This document shows positions 1 to 9,671 of a DNA stretch of 64,000 nucleotides, in pieces. The stretch's first letter is position 1. Every line of letters begins with the position of its first letter. The translations under genes and the position numbers were made by a program. The notes under the pieces are model-generated. The model made no database searches and was not told where the DNA came from. It saw nothing but the letters and a program-made list of their open reading frames with translations. This DNA comes from an uncultured Gemmataceae bacterium (GTDB taxonomy: Bacteria > Planctomycetota > Planctomycetia > Gemmatales > Gemmataceae): the NCBI GenBank assembly GCA_963750165.1, contig CAVVPN010000003.1, positions 1,760,001-1,824,000 of the forward strand. Direction: 5' to 3'.

Positions 1-19
1 GCTGCCGGGAGCCCCGACG

Positions 20-511
20 ATGCCGAACTGTCCGATGTGTACCAAGCCGCTGGCGGAGCTGACGCGGCGCTGCCCGACGTGCATGGCCGACCTGGACCTG
101 CTGGTCGATTACGTGCAGCACCTGGGCGTCGGCCTGGAGAAGGCGGAGCAGTTCACGCGCGCCGGCGAACTGGGCCAGGCGATGTGGGCGTATCTGGAAG
201 TGCTGGAGGTCGATCCGGACAACGGGCCGGCACGGCGGCAGGTGGGCCAGGTGGCGACGGCGGTGCGGCAGTTCGATCGCACCGCCGCGGGGCGGCGCTG
301 GCTCAACCGTGTTCGCGGCATCAACGACGACGACGAGAGCGGGTTGTTCGGTTGGCTGCGGACGGTGTTCGTGCTGCTGGCGGTGCTGACGGCGTTCGCG
401 CTGGGCTACGGCTGGGGCACCGACTGGGGCGAACGTCCCGGCACTGGTGACACGCCGCCGGTCAAGCCCGCGCCGCCCGCCGACCACAAAAAGACGCTCA
501 GCGGCCATTAA
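20..511 (+). CDS. Hypothetical membrane protein: N-terminal double CxxC zinc ribbon, TPR-like helices, one C-terminal TM helix
   Basis: CPMC...CPTC; YLEVLEVDPDNGPARR TPR-like segment; hydrophobic VFVLLAVLTAFALGYGWG; GGAG upstream. Confidence 0.75.
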   Translation: MPNCPMCTKPLAELTRRCPTCMADLDLLVDYVQHLGVGLEKAEQFTRAGELGQAMWAYLEVLEVDPDNGPARRQVGQVATAVRQFDRTAAGRRWLNRVRGINDDDESGLFGWLRTVFVLLAVLTAFALGYGWGTDWGERPGTGDTPPVKPAPPADHKKTLSGH

Positions 512-544
512 CCTCCCCGCGCCAACGCCCCGGAGGAACCGTTC

Positions 545-1102
545 ATGACGGGACGCTCCTGGCTCATCCCCGTGCTGTTCGTGCTGGCGGCGTGCGGTTG
601 CCTGGCGGGCGCGGCCAGCGGCCAGGGCGCCGACAAGAAAATGCGCGAAATCGCCGTGCGGGAACTGACCGCCGCGGAGGACCGGTTGAAGAAAACGGAG
701 CGGCTCGCCCAGCAGCGCGCCGCGGATGAAAAAGACCTCATCCTCGCCCGCTATCAAGTCCTCGACGCCCGCTATCAACTGGCGCAGCTCGACCAGGAGC
801 CGCAGAAAAAGCAGATCGACCTCATGCGGCAGATGGTCCGCGTCTACCACGACTATTACATCCTCATGGGCAAACTGGAGGGCAAGGGCCGGGTAGCTCG
901 CGTCGATGTGGACGGCGCCCGCCTGGGACTGGCCGAGGCGCAGATTCGACTGGAAACGCACGTCATCATCGACATCTACGAGCGCCAGGTGGAGCGGTTG
1001 CAGAAGTTGCTCGCGCAGAAGGCGGCCACGGCGAACCAGCTGGAGGACGCTCGGAAAATGCTGGAATCCGCCCGCCGCCGGCTGGCGGATTTGCCGCGCT
1101 GA
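545..1102 (+). CDS. Secreted alpha-helical hypothetical protein with TolC-like helical motifs
   Basis: GGAGG RBS, signal peptide, coiled-coil pattern, repeated V..A...L.EA motif. Confidence 0.65.
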   Translation: MTGRSWLIPVLFVLAACGCLAGAASGQGADKKMREIAVRELTAAEDRLKKTERLAQQRAADEKDLILARYQVLDARYQLAQLDQEPQKKQIDLMRQMVRVYHDYYILMGKLEGKGRVARVDVDGARLGLAEAQIRLETHVIIDIYERQVERLQKLLAQKAATANQLEDARKMLESARRRLADLPR

Positions 1103-1269
1103 GTCGCACCCGGTCGCAAAGGGGCACGGGCATGATTTCCTTCTGGACGATCTGGTGACCGGGTATCGCCTGGCGCGACAGCATGGGACACTCCCAACAT
1201 TTGTGGGTAATGCATAGCGCTCCAGCGCTCCGCGTGGGAACGAGACGCCTTTCCGCCGACGGCCGCGCT

Positions 1270-1279
1270 TGCTATAGTG
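1270..1279 (+). promoter_or_regulatory. Possible extended -10 (TGcTATAGT) for rpsT
   Basis: TG-N-TANNNT consensus about 50 bp upstream of the rpsT start. Confidence 0.4.
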
Positions 1280-1325
1280 ACAGTTCCAAAAAGGGATATT
1301 CGACCAGGAGAACGCAGGAGCAGCA

Positions 1326-1637
1326 ATGCCGCATACGCAGAGTGCCAAGAAACGGCTTCGCCAGAACGAAAAGCGCCGGCTGCGCAACCGCGCCATCAAG
1401 AAGGGCATCAAGGTGCAGCTGAAAAAATTCCTCGGCCTTCTCAAGACCGGCACGATCGAGGAGGTGCGCGAGGAGTTGAAGGTGACCGTGGCCAAGGTCG
1501 ATCGCGCCGCGGCCCACAAGGTCGTTCACCGCAACACCGCCGCCCGCAAGAAGGCGCAGCTGGCCAAAATGGTCAACCAGAAGGCCGCGGCGCCGGCCCC
1601 CGGCGCGACCGAAGGCGACAAGACGACCAAAAAATGA
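1326..1637 (+). CDS. rpsT: 30S ribosomal protein S20
   Basis: MPHTQSAKKRLRQNEKRRLRNR ... VDRAA ... HRNTAARKKAQL, the canonical S20 pattern; GGAG RBS. Confidence 0.97.
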   Translation: MPHTQSAKKRLRQNEKRRLRNRAIKKGIKVQLKKFLGLLKTGTIEEVREELKVTVAKVDRAAAHKVVHRNTAARKKAQLAKMVNQKAAAPAPGATEGDKTTKK

Positions 1638-1833
1638 GCGCCGTGCCGGCGAACGGGGAGCGTGAGTTGCCCCGTTCGCCAGCGCGCACACTTCGCGTTG
1701 GCCTCTCGCTGTTTCGTGATCTACAATTCAATACGTCTGCCTCTCTGGCGTCCTGCCGCACCTTCCGTGGAATGGGAAGAGGCGGCGCCTGGAGACGTCG
1801 CCGTTACGGAACCGACCGCAGCGCGGGGGTCGC

Positions 1834-2718
1834 ATGGAAAAAGTCACGGAAACCTGGGTGACCGTCCCGGAGCGTCCGGTATCGATGACGAACCGGAACG
1901 CCTGTCTGGTCCACATTTACCCGACCGGACCGGGCATGGGCAGTCGCTACACTCTGACGGACGCCCCGATCGTGATCGGCCGCGGTGCCGACTGCGACAT
2001 CCGCATCAACGACCACTCCGTCTCGCGGCGGCACGCCCGCATTCAGCCGGGCGCCGACGGCTATTACGCCGTCGATCTGCAGAGCACCAACGGCACCTTC
2101 GTCAACGACATGCCGGCGTCGATGTACAAGCTCAAGGACGGCGATTATCTGCGCGTCGGCAACTGCATCTATCGCTTCCTGATCGGCGGCAACGTCGAGG
2201 CGGAGTACCACGAAGAGATTTACCGCCTGACCATCATCGACGCGCTGACGGATATCCACAACAAGCGCTATTTTCTGGAGTTCCTGGACCGCGAACTGGC
2301 GCGCTCGGGCCGCTACGCCCGGCCGCTGACGCTGATGATGATCGACATCGACCGTTTCAAGTCGATCAACGAGGAGTTGGGCCATCTGGGCGGCGACTTC
2401 ACGCTGCGCGAGATCGCGGCGCGCATCAAGGGCAACATCCGCAAGGAAGAGTTGTTCGCGCGCTACGGCGGCGAGGAGTTCGCGGTGGTGCTGCCGGAGA
2501 CGGGCCGCGAAGGGGCGGTGGTCCTGGGCGAGCGGCTGCGGCGCGTCATCGAGACGCTGCCGTTCCGCTACGAAGACAAGTCCTACCACGTGACCATCAG
2601 CATCGGCGTGGCGAGCACCAACGGCGACACGTCCATGACGCCCAGCACCCTCATCCGGCTGGCCGACGAGAAGCTGTTCCAGGCCAAGCACGAGGGCCGC
2701 AACCGCGTCTGTGGCTAG
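1834..2718 (+). CDS. FHA-GGDEF diguanylate cyclase
   Basis: FHA motifs IGR, SRRHA, STNGT; DALT, DIDRFKSIN, GHLGGD and active-site RYGGEEF. Confidence 0.95.
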   Translation: MEKVTETWVTVPERPVSMTNRNACLVHIYPTGPGMGSRYTLTDAPIVIGRGADCDIRINDHSVSRRHARIQPGADGYYAVDLQSTNGTFVNDMPASMYKLKDGDYLRVGNCIYRFLIGGNVEAEYHEEIYRLTIIDALTDIHNKRYFLEFLDRELARSGRYARPLTLMMIDIDRFKSINEELGHLGGDFTLREIAARIKGNIRKEELFARYGGEEFAVVLPETGREGAVVLGERLRRVIETLPFRYEDKSYHVTISIGVASTNGDTSMTPSTLIRLADEKLFQAKHEGRNRVCG

Positions 2719-2775
2719 AGCAGTTCACAGTCGCGTGGACCACGAATGGCAGGCCGGCGCTGGCAGGGCGCCGAA

Positions 2776-2970
2776 TCTCGACATGCAAAAAAGTTGGCGT
2801 TCTTGGCGTTCTTGGCGTCCTTGCTAAGGCAACCGCCGCCAGTGGTTGTCGCGCCGTGCCATCCCCACGGAGTAAGGGGCCGATTCTCGACGTGTGAAAA
2901 AGTTGGCCCCCTTGGCCCCCTTGGCCCCCTTGCTGCGACAGCGCAGGCCGCTGAAGGTAAGGCCGTGCCC
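2776..2970 (+). repeat. Dispersed ~195-bp element (family B): two TCTCGAC..AAAAAGTTGGC units, each with a triple 9-bp repeat
   Basis: Units at 2776-2825 and 2885-2934; the whole element recurs inverted at 26056-26250. Confidence 0.85.
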
Positions 2971-3020
2971 GCCGTCTCACCTGTGCGCGATCCGCGTGCG
3001 AACCGCGCTAATAAAAGACC

Positions 3021-3111
3021 AATCACGAAAACACGACAGAACGAAACCACGAAAAAGACCATAAATGAATTGGTCTTTTTCGTGGTTTCGTTCTGTCGTG
3101 TTTTCGTGATT
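3021..3111. repeat. Perfect 41-bp inverted repeat between convergent genes; possible bidirectional terminator
   Basis: Arms 3021-3061 and 3071-3111 are exact reverse complements, 9-nt loop. Confidence 0.9.
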
Positions 3112-3129
3112 CTTCTTTTGCTTCTCTCC

Positions 3130-3924
3130 TTACTCGCCGCAGACCAGCAGCGGGACGACGTACTCGCGCAGGCAGCCGATCTTGGTCCAGCCGTAATGGC
3201 CGCCGAGGTGGCCGGTGCGGGTCATTTCCCAACTGTAGCTGTGCTGCCGCAGGTCGGGACAGGACTCGCCCTCAGAGGGCGTGAAGCCGTTCGCCCCGGC
3301 GGAGAAAACGTGCCAGCCGTCCGCGCAGCCCGAAATCGCCAGGCCGCGGGAAACCAGGTCCGTGGGGCTGTAAAACACGTCCAGGCCCTGCCGCGAGGCC
3401 CGCAGTGCCGGCCGCACGTCGTAGCCGGGGGAAACCGCCGGCGCCAGCATGACGATGCGGTCGATGGACCCGGGCGGCAGGCCCTCGGCGGCCGCGAGCG
3501 CCACGGCGGCGCCGGCACTGTGCGTCACCACGAACACCGGAGTGCCGGGACAGGCGCTGCGATGGGCGAGCACGGCAGCGGCGAGGGCTTTGCCCTGGTC
3601 GCGGTGGTTCGATTCGCTCCGCAGGTCGGCGAAAATGCGGTAGTCGCCATACGACCAGTTGAACTCGCGCACCTCCAGCAACAGTCCCGCCTCGGCGACC
3701 GCGCAGGCCAGATCCTCGGCCATCAGGCGCAGACGCCCCGAACCATCGAGGACGAACACAACGCCCCGGGGCGGCCCCGCGGCCAGCAGGTCCTTTTCCG
3801 AGGGCAGCCCGAACGGCAATTCCGACTGAACCGGGGTTGCGGGCGGTGGGGCCTGTTCGGAGGGCAGCCCAAACGGCAATTGCGCGAGGGCGCAGCAGAG
3901 CACGGGCGCTGTCCAGCAGGGCAT
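3130..3924 (-). CDS. Alpha/beta-hydrolase fold protein
   Basis: Nucleophile elbow VVTHSAGA, IVMLAPAVSP, DVFYSPTD, C-terminal GGHYGW. Confidence 0.8.
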   Translation of the reverse strand: MPCWTAPVLCCALAQLPFGLPSEQAPPPATPVQSELPFGLPSEKDLLAAGPPRGVVFVLDGSGRLRLMAEDLACAVAEAGLLLEVREFNWSYGDYRIFADLRSESNHRDQGKALAAAVLAHRSACPGTPVFVVTHSAGAAVALAAAEGLPPGSIDRIVMLAPAVSPGYDVRPALRASRQGLDVFYSPTDLVSRGLAISGCADGWHVFSAGANGFTPSEGESCPDLRQHSYSWEMTRTGHLGGHYGWTKIGCLREYVVPLLVCGE

Positions 3925-4329
3925 GGAGGGAGTCCTTGTCCAGGAAGGTGTTGATGGATCAACATCTATTTATAACCGACGGAGCCGGCGGAGGGCGGCC
4001 GCGGGGCGGAACGGCGTGGGTTTTCTGTCCCCGGCGGGGCGGCGAACGCTTATTCCCCGCAAAGTCTACCGGAAGCGCGTCGCCCAGCGCCCGCGCCTGG
4101 TCGCTCCCCGGCCACGGTGGTTGGGCCCGGTCCAGCGCCACGGACGGCCCGCGGCTGTGACGGTGACAGCCTCCTGACACCTGACCGACTGGAAATTGCT
4201 GAGGTGGAAGAAGTTACGACAAACCGTGCCAGCCGCTACAAACGGGCACGCCATTTGCCAGAGGTAGGGATTGGGGGAAGGATGCAGGCGTTACGGATCA
4301 GAGCACACTGTCATCTGCGAGGGGTCGTC

Positions 4330-4818
4330 ATGAAAGCGCTGCATTGTCTGGCGGTCGTCGGTCTGCTGGCCGGCGTGTCGGTGGGGTCGGTCGAGGCGAG
4401 CAATCAGGCCGGCAAAACCAAGCAGGTCGGCAAAACCAAGACGGCGCCGGGCAAGGTCAACCCAGGCGTCGCGAAGAAGAACAATTCCACGGCCAAACGC
4501 AACCAGGGCCACACGATTCATGGCGTCGTCACGCACGTGGACCACAAGAAGAACGTCTTCACCGTCCGCGTCCTGCAGAACCAGAACGGCGGCAAGACCG
4601 GTCAGCACCATCACGAGCAGAAGTTCCACGTCACTGGCAACACGAAGTTCGACTTCGGCGCCGGCAAGGGCCAGAAACAGGGGTCATTCTCTGCGCTGAA
4701 GCACGGTGAGCACGTCGTCGTCCACACGAACGGCCAGAACCATGCCAGCCGCGTGGACATCCAAAGGCAGCACCAGACGAACCAGAAGGGCGGCAAAACC
4801 AGGGTCGTTCGGAGGTAG
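4330..4818 (+). CDS. Secreted basic hypothetical protein with an OB-fold-like (DUF5666-like) domain
   Basis: ATG at 4330 with GAGG upstream, signal peptide, IHGVVTHVD...FHVTGNTKF...LKHGEHVVV. Confidence 0.7.
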   Translation: MKALHCLAVVGLLAGVSVGSVEASNQAGKTKQVGKTKTAPGKVNPGVAKKNNSTAKRNQGHTIHGVVTHVDHKKNVFTVRVLQNQNGGKTGQHHHEQKFHVTGNTKFDFGAGKGQKQGSFSALKHGEHVVVHTNGQNHASRVDIQRQHQTNQKGGKTRVVRR

Positions 4819-4909
4819 GCCCGGGCCACATTTGGCGGTCGGTTTCGGGCTCTTCGTTCGGGTGGGTGGGGGAAGTCACGGTCCTCCGCCTGCCCGTTTT
4901 CGTTTTCCT

Positions 4910-4973
4910 GGTCGGAGCCCGAGCGCCAGCGAGGGGCCCAGCGCTGCCCCTCGCTGGCGCTCGGGCTCCGACC
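4910..4973. repeat. Palindromic repeat family A (GAGCCCGAGCGCCAGCG...CGCTGGCGCTCGGGCTC)
   Basis: Long hairpin; further copies at 7199, 10922, 29850 and 54841. Confidence 0.9.
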
Positions 4974-4978
4974 GAATC

Positions 4979-7157
4979 TCACACCAGATTCAGCGCCAGC
5001 AGCACCAGGTCGATCAGCTTGATGCCGATGAACGGCACGATGACGCCCCCCAGGCCCCAGATCAGCAGGTTGCGGCGCAGCAGGGCGTCCGCTCCCACCG
5101 GCCGGTACGTCACGCCCTTGAGCGCGATCGGAATCAGTGCCGGGATGATGAGTGCGTTGAAGATCACCGCCGATAGGATCGCCGAGGTCGCTGAGTGTAG
5201 TTGCATCACGTCGAACGACCGCAGCCACGGCAGCGTTGCCGCGAACAGAGCCGGTATGATTGCGAAGTACTTCGCGAGGTCATTCGCGATAGAAAAGGTG
5301 GTTAACGCCCCGCGCGTCATGAGGAGTTGCTTGCCGACCTCAACGACCTCGATGAGCTTGGTCGGGTCGCTGTCGAGATCGACCATGTTGCCGGCTTCCT
5401 TGGCGGCCTGGGTGCCGCTGTTCATGGCGACGCCCACGTCCGCCTGGGCCAGAGCTGGCGCGTCGTTGGTGCCGTCGCCCATCATGGCCACCAGCTTACC
5501 GGCCGCCTGCTCCTTGCGGATGTACGCCAGCTTCGCCTCCGGCGTCGCCTGGGCGATGTAGTCGTCCACGCCCGCCTGCTCGGAAATGGCCTTGGCCGTC
5601 AGCGGGTTGTCGCCGGTGACCATGACCGTGCGCAGGCCCATGCGCCGCAGCCGCTCGAAGCGGTCGCGCATGCCCGGCTTCAAAATGTCCTCCAGCACGA
5701 CCATGCCGGCCATGCGCGTGCCCTCGCAGACCAGCAACGGCGTCGCCCCCTGCGAGGCCACCAGGTCCACTTCCTGCTGCACCCCCTCCGGCAGCTGGCC
5801 ATTGCCCTGGCGCACGTGGCGGATGACGGAGTCGGGGGCGCCCTTGCGCACCTGGCGGCCGTCGGGCAGGTCGATGCCGCTCATGCGCGTCTGGGCGGTG
5901 AACTCGATGAAGCGCGCACCGTGCGGCAGCCGCGTGTCCAACCGCCCGGCCGCCGGCGCGTCTTCCGACAGTTTTTGATACAGTTCGACAATGCTCTTGC
6001 CCTCCGGCGTCTGGTCGGCGACGGACGCCAGTGCCGCCAGGTAGCCGAAGTCGGCTGCGGTGTAGTCGCCCAGCGGCACGAAGCGCGTCGCCCGGCGGTT
6101 GCCCAGGGTGATGGTGCCGGTCTTGTCCAGCAGCAGCGTATCGACATCGCCGGCCACCTCGACGGCCTTGCCGCTCTTGGCGATGATGTTGGCTCGCAGG
6201 GCCCGGTCCATGCCGGCGATGCCGATGGCCGCCAGCAGCGCCCCGATGGTCGTCGGGATCAGGCACACCAGCAGCGCCACCAGCGTCGGCACGTCGGTGC
6301 CCAGACTGACCACCCGGCCGCCCTCGACGCCGGCGAAGTCGGTCATGTACGCCTCGGTGTGCAGGGCCATCGGCCACAGAGCCACGGTGACCATCAGGAA
6401 GATCAGCGTGAACGCGGCCAGCACCAGCGACAGGGCGATTTCATTGGGCGTGCGCTGGCGGGCGGCTCCTTCCACCAGGGCGATCATGCGGTCCAGGAAG
6501 GATTGACCCTGGCCGGCGGTGATGCGCACCACGATGCGGTCGGACAGCACGCGCGTGCCGCCGGTGACGCCGCTGCGGTCGCCGCCGGCCTCGCGCACCA
6601 CCGGGGCCGACTCGCCGGTGATGGCCGACTCGTCGATGGCCGCCAGACCTTCGACGATCTCGCCGTCGTTGGGGATGACCTGGCCGGCCTCGACCACCAC
6701 ACGGTCGCCGGCGCGCAGTTCCGTCGAGACGGTTTCCTCAACCTGGCCGTCGTCACGGAGGCGGAAGGCGGGGGTGGCGCGGCGGGTCTTGCGCAGCGCG
6801 TCGGCCTGGGCCTTGCCGCGCGCCTCCGCCAGCGCCTCGGCGAAGTTGGCGAACAGCACTGTCAGGAACAGCCACACGTCCAGCGCGATCAGGTAGCCGA
6901 CCGTCGCCTGGCTCGGGTAGCCGCACAGCACCGCCACGGTGTAGGCGAAGGTCAGCACGGTGCCGACCTCAACCACGAACATGACCGGGTTCTTCCAGAG
7001 GATGTCGGGCCGCAGCATGACGAACGCGCTGCTTGAGGGCGGACCTGGTCAGATCCGGCGCGAACAGGCTGTGCTGGCGGCTGGCGCGGCGCGACAGTTT
7101 CAGCTCTTCCGGCGAAGGGCCTGGCATGGGCGGGGCGGCCTCGGTCGTCAGCGTCAT
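4979..7157 (-). CDS. kdpB: K+-transporting P-type ATPase subunit B; one frameshift at ~7028, probably an artefact
   Basis: [41 protein letters not shown] before ATG 7157; removing one base at 7028 joins the N-terminus (...LKQ|AFVML). Confidence 0.95.
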
Positions 7158-7198
7158 GGTGTCGGACCTCCCTTGATTCATTCCGTTGTCGTCGCCCA

Positions 7199-7259
7199 TC
7201 CGAGCCCGAGCGCCAGCGAGGCGGCCGCGCTGGCCGCCTCGCTGGCGCTCGGGCTCGGA
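7199..7259. repeat. Family A palindrome between kdpA and kdpB
   Basis: 28-bp arms matching the other family A copies. Confidence 0.9.
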
Positions 7260-7272
7260 CGGGAACGGGGGC

Positions 7273-9090
7273 TCAGCCACCGAACGGCTTCGGCCCAAAA
7301 TGCTCCGCCACCGGCCCGAGCACCGCCGCCGGCAGGAACAGCAGCGCCCCCACCAGCAAAATGGTGCCGAACAGCACGAACCCAAACGTCACCGTGTCCG
7401 TGCGCAGCGTGCCGGCCGTGAACGGCGTCGGCTTCTTGGCCGCCAGGCTGCCGGCCAGCGCGATCGGCGCGATGATCGGCACGAAGCGGCCGAGCAGCAT
7501 CACCAGCCCCGTCGCGATGTCCCACGGTGGGCTGTACGGCGCCGGGTTCTCGTTGTCGTTGAAGCCGTAGGTGTCCTGCAACCCCTCGAAGCCGGAGCCG
7601 TTATTCGCCGAGGCCGAGCTGAACTCGTACAGGATTTCCGAGAAGCCGTGTGCTCCCGGATTGTTGGTGGCCTTCGCGCCCCAGTCGCAGGCGGCGAACA
7701 GGCCCGTCGGCATCAGGATCAGGATCGGGTGGATCAGCAGCGCCAGCATGGCCAGCTTCATCTCGCGGGCCTCGACCTTCTTGCCCAGGTACTCCGGCGT
7801 CCGTCCCACCATCAGCCCCGCCAGAAAGACGCCGGTAATCAGATACACCAGCATGTTAATCAGACCGACGCCCTTGCCGCCGAAGACACAGTTGAGCCAC
7901 ATGCCGGTCATCGGCGTCAGGCCCGCCAGCGGGTTCAGGCTGTCGTGCATGCAGTTGACCGAACCACACGTTACCGCCGTCGTCACCGCCGCGTAGGTCG
8001 ATCCGGCCGAGGTGCCGAAACGCAACTCCTTGCCTTCCAGGTTGCCCAGTTCCTGGTCCACCGGCAGCCCCGCGACCCTGGCGATCGGCAGCTTCGTCGG
8101 TGGCAGTTCCTTGCCGTTTTCGCCGCGCACGTCGATCTCGTAGGGCTTGCCCTTTGCGTCCGTCATGGCCGGGTGTGCGGTCAGCGCCGGGTTGGGGTGC
8201 AGGGTGTCCCAGTAGATCGCCCAGCCGATCATGGCCACGAACATCAGCATCATGACGCCGTAGATGACACGAGCGTGCCGTGGGTTGCCGATCATGCGGC
8301 CGAACATCACGACCAGCGCGAACGGGAAGATCAGAATGTTGACGCAGGTCAGAAAATTGGTCCAGGCGTTGGGGTTCTCGAACGGGTGCGCGGAGTTGGC
8401 GCCGAAGAAGCCGCCGCCGTTGGTGCCCAGGTGCTTGATCGGAATGATCGCCGCCACCGGGCCGCGCGCGATGATTTGCTTGAGCCCCTCCAGCGTCGTC
8501 ACCTGGGCCGCGGACTCGAACGTCATCGGCACGCCGCCGGCGATCAGCAGCACGCCCATGACCACGCTGGCCGGCAGGAAGACGTACATCACCACGCGCC
8601 ACATGTCGAGGTAGAAGTTGCCCATGTGCGCGTCGCCGCGCAGGCCGCGGATGACCGCCGCCAACGCCGAGAAGCCCACGGCTGCGGAGACGAACATGTT
8701 CCAGACGATGAACACAATCTGGCTGAAGTACGACAGGTTTTGCTCGCCGGCGTAGTGCTGCAGGTTCGTGTTGGTCAGGAACGAGCAGACGGTGTTGAAG
8801 ATCGTCGTCGGGGCGAGCATTTTCTGGCCGTCGGGGTTGAGCGGCAGCAGCGGTTGCAGCGCCAGCACCACGAAGCCGAACACGAACATGACGGTGTTGA
8901 ACAGCAACAGCGCCACGGTGTATTGCTTCCAGTTCTGCGGCCCCGTATCGACGCGGCGCTCGAACCAGGCCAGCCACGCCGGCACCCGGTAGCGGCCGTC
9001 CATCAGCCAGGCCAGGTAACGGCCCACCGGCACCGACAGCGCCACTGTGACCGCGACGATGAGCAGCGGCAGCAGCCAGATTTGCAACAT
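7273..9090 (-). CDS. kdpA: K+-transporting ATPase subunit A
   Basis: TNTNLQHY, LGTNGGGFFGANSAHPFENP, EGKELRFG, VGRTPEYLGKK, SASANNGSGF. Confidence 0.97.
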   Translation of the reverse strand: MLQIWLLPLLIVAVTVALSVPVGRYLAWLMDGRYRVPAWLAWFERRVDTGPQNWKQYTVALLLFNTVMFVFGFVVLALQPLLPLNPDGQKMLAPTTIFNTVCSFLTNTNLQHYAGEQNLSYFSQIVFIVWNMFVSAAVGFSALAAVIRGLRGDAHMGNFYLDMWRVVMYVFLPASVVMGVLLIAGGVPMTFESAAQVTTLEGLKQIIARGPVAAIIPIKHLGTNGGGFFGANSAHPFENPNAWTNFLTCVNILIFPFALVVMFGRMIGNPRHARVIYGVMMLMFVAMIGWAIYWDTLHPNPALTAHPAMTDAKGKPYEIDVRGENGKELPPTKLPIARVAGLPVDQELGNLEGKELRFGTSAGSTYAAVTTAVTCGSVNCMHDSLNPLAGLTPMTGMWLNCVFGGKGVGLINMLVYLITGVFLAGLMVGRTPEYLGKKVEAREMKLAMLALLIHPILILMPTGLFAACDWGAKATNNPGAHGFSEILYEFSSASANNGSGFEGLQDTYGFNDNENPAPYSPPWDIATGLVMLLGRFVPIIAPIALAGSLAAKKPTPFTAGTLRTDTVTFGFVLFGTILLVGALLFLPAAVLGPVAEHFGPKPFGG

Positions 9091-9104
9091 CGGCTTCCTT
9101 CGCG

Positions 9105-9185
9105 TTAGAACCACTCGGGGCGGAGCAGGGCCACCAGCAGGTACACGAACAACAACACGACCACCACCGCGGTGAGGATGAGCAT
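9105..9185 (-). CDS. kdpF: KdpF small subunit, 26 aa (MLILTAVVVVLLFVYLLVALLRPEWF)
   Basis: Canonical YL..ALLRPE.F C-terminus directly upstream of kdpA; GAGG RBS; absent from the ORF track. Confidence 0.92.
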   Translation of the reverse strand: MLILTAVVVVLLFVYLLVALLRPEWF

Positions 9186-9194
9186 GGGGACCTC

Positions 9195-9290
9195 TCACAC
9201 CTTGTCGCAGGCGACCACAAAGGCGAACAGCAGTCCCATCGTCGCCAGCCCCAGCAAAAACAGGGTCGGCAACCAGAGTTCAAGGTTCAT
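9195..9290 (-). CDS. 31-aa hydrophobic peptide upstream of kdpF (MNLELWLPTLFLLGLATMGLLFAFVVACDKV)
   Basis: GGAG RBS, single TM helix, stop 9 bp before the kdpF start. Confidence 0.75.
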   Translation of the reverse strand: MNLELWLPTLFLLGLATMGLLFAFVVACDKV

Positions 9291-9313
9291 CGTCTCTCCG
9301 ATTGTGTGGGAGT

Positions 9314-9319
9314 ATTATA
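9314..9319 (-). promoter_or_regulatory. TATAAT -10 box for the kdp operon
   Basis: Perfect TATAAT on the minus strand about 24 bp upstream of the first small ORF. Confidence 0.5.
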
Positions 9320-9671
9320 GCCAGCCGCCCAGCAGCGCCCAACTGACGACCGATTTCTCGGATTGCAAGCGCGGTGCCAATCGGCTTGCTCTTCACAACC
9401 CCCGCATTTTGCAAGCACTTGTGCATTCGAGGATTCTCCGGGAACCGGGGCGGTCGTGCAAATCGCCAGGATGGGATTGCAAAATGCCGGATTTTTTCGC
9501 GGAAGGCCGACAACCCTTCCGAAGGTGCCGATCCTGCCGGTCGCGTGGAAAGCAAACGGTTTTCCGGTCGAATCAGGTCTCACGTCGGTTAGGGATCCGC
9601 GGCCGATTAAGAGTGGAGTAAGACCGGCGTTCCGTGCCGGCAGATCCGGGTCGGTTTTGGAGTCCGGACGC

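Noticed and set aside
2776..2934. CRISPR array
   Set aside because: Only two units, the spacer is conserved between loci, and there are no cas genes in the window
2746..3954. 402-aa ORF with collagen-like GPLGPLGPL repeats
   Set aside because: Translation of non-coding repeats plus the antisense strand of the hydrolase gene
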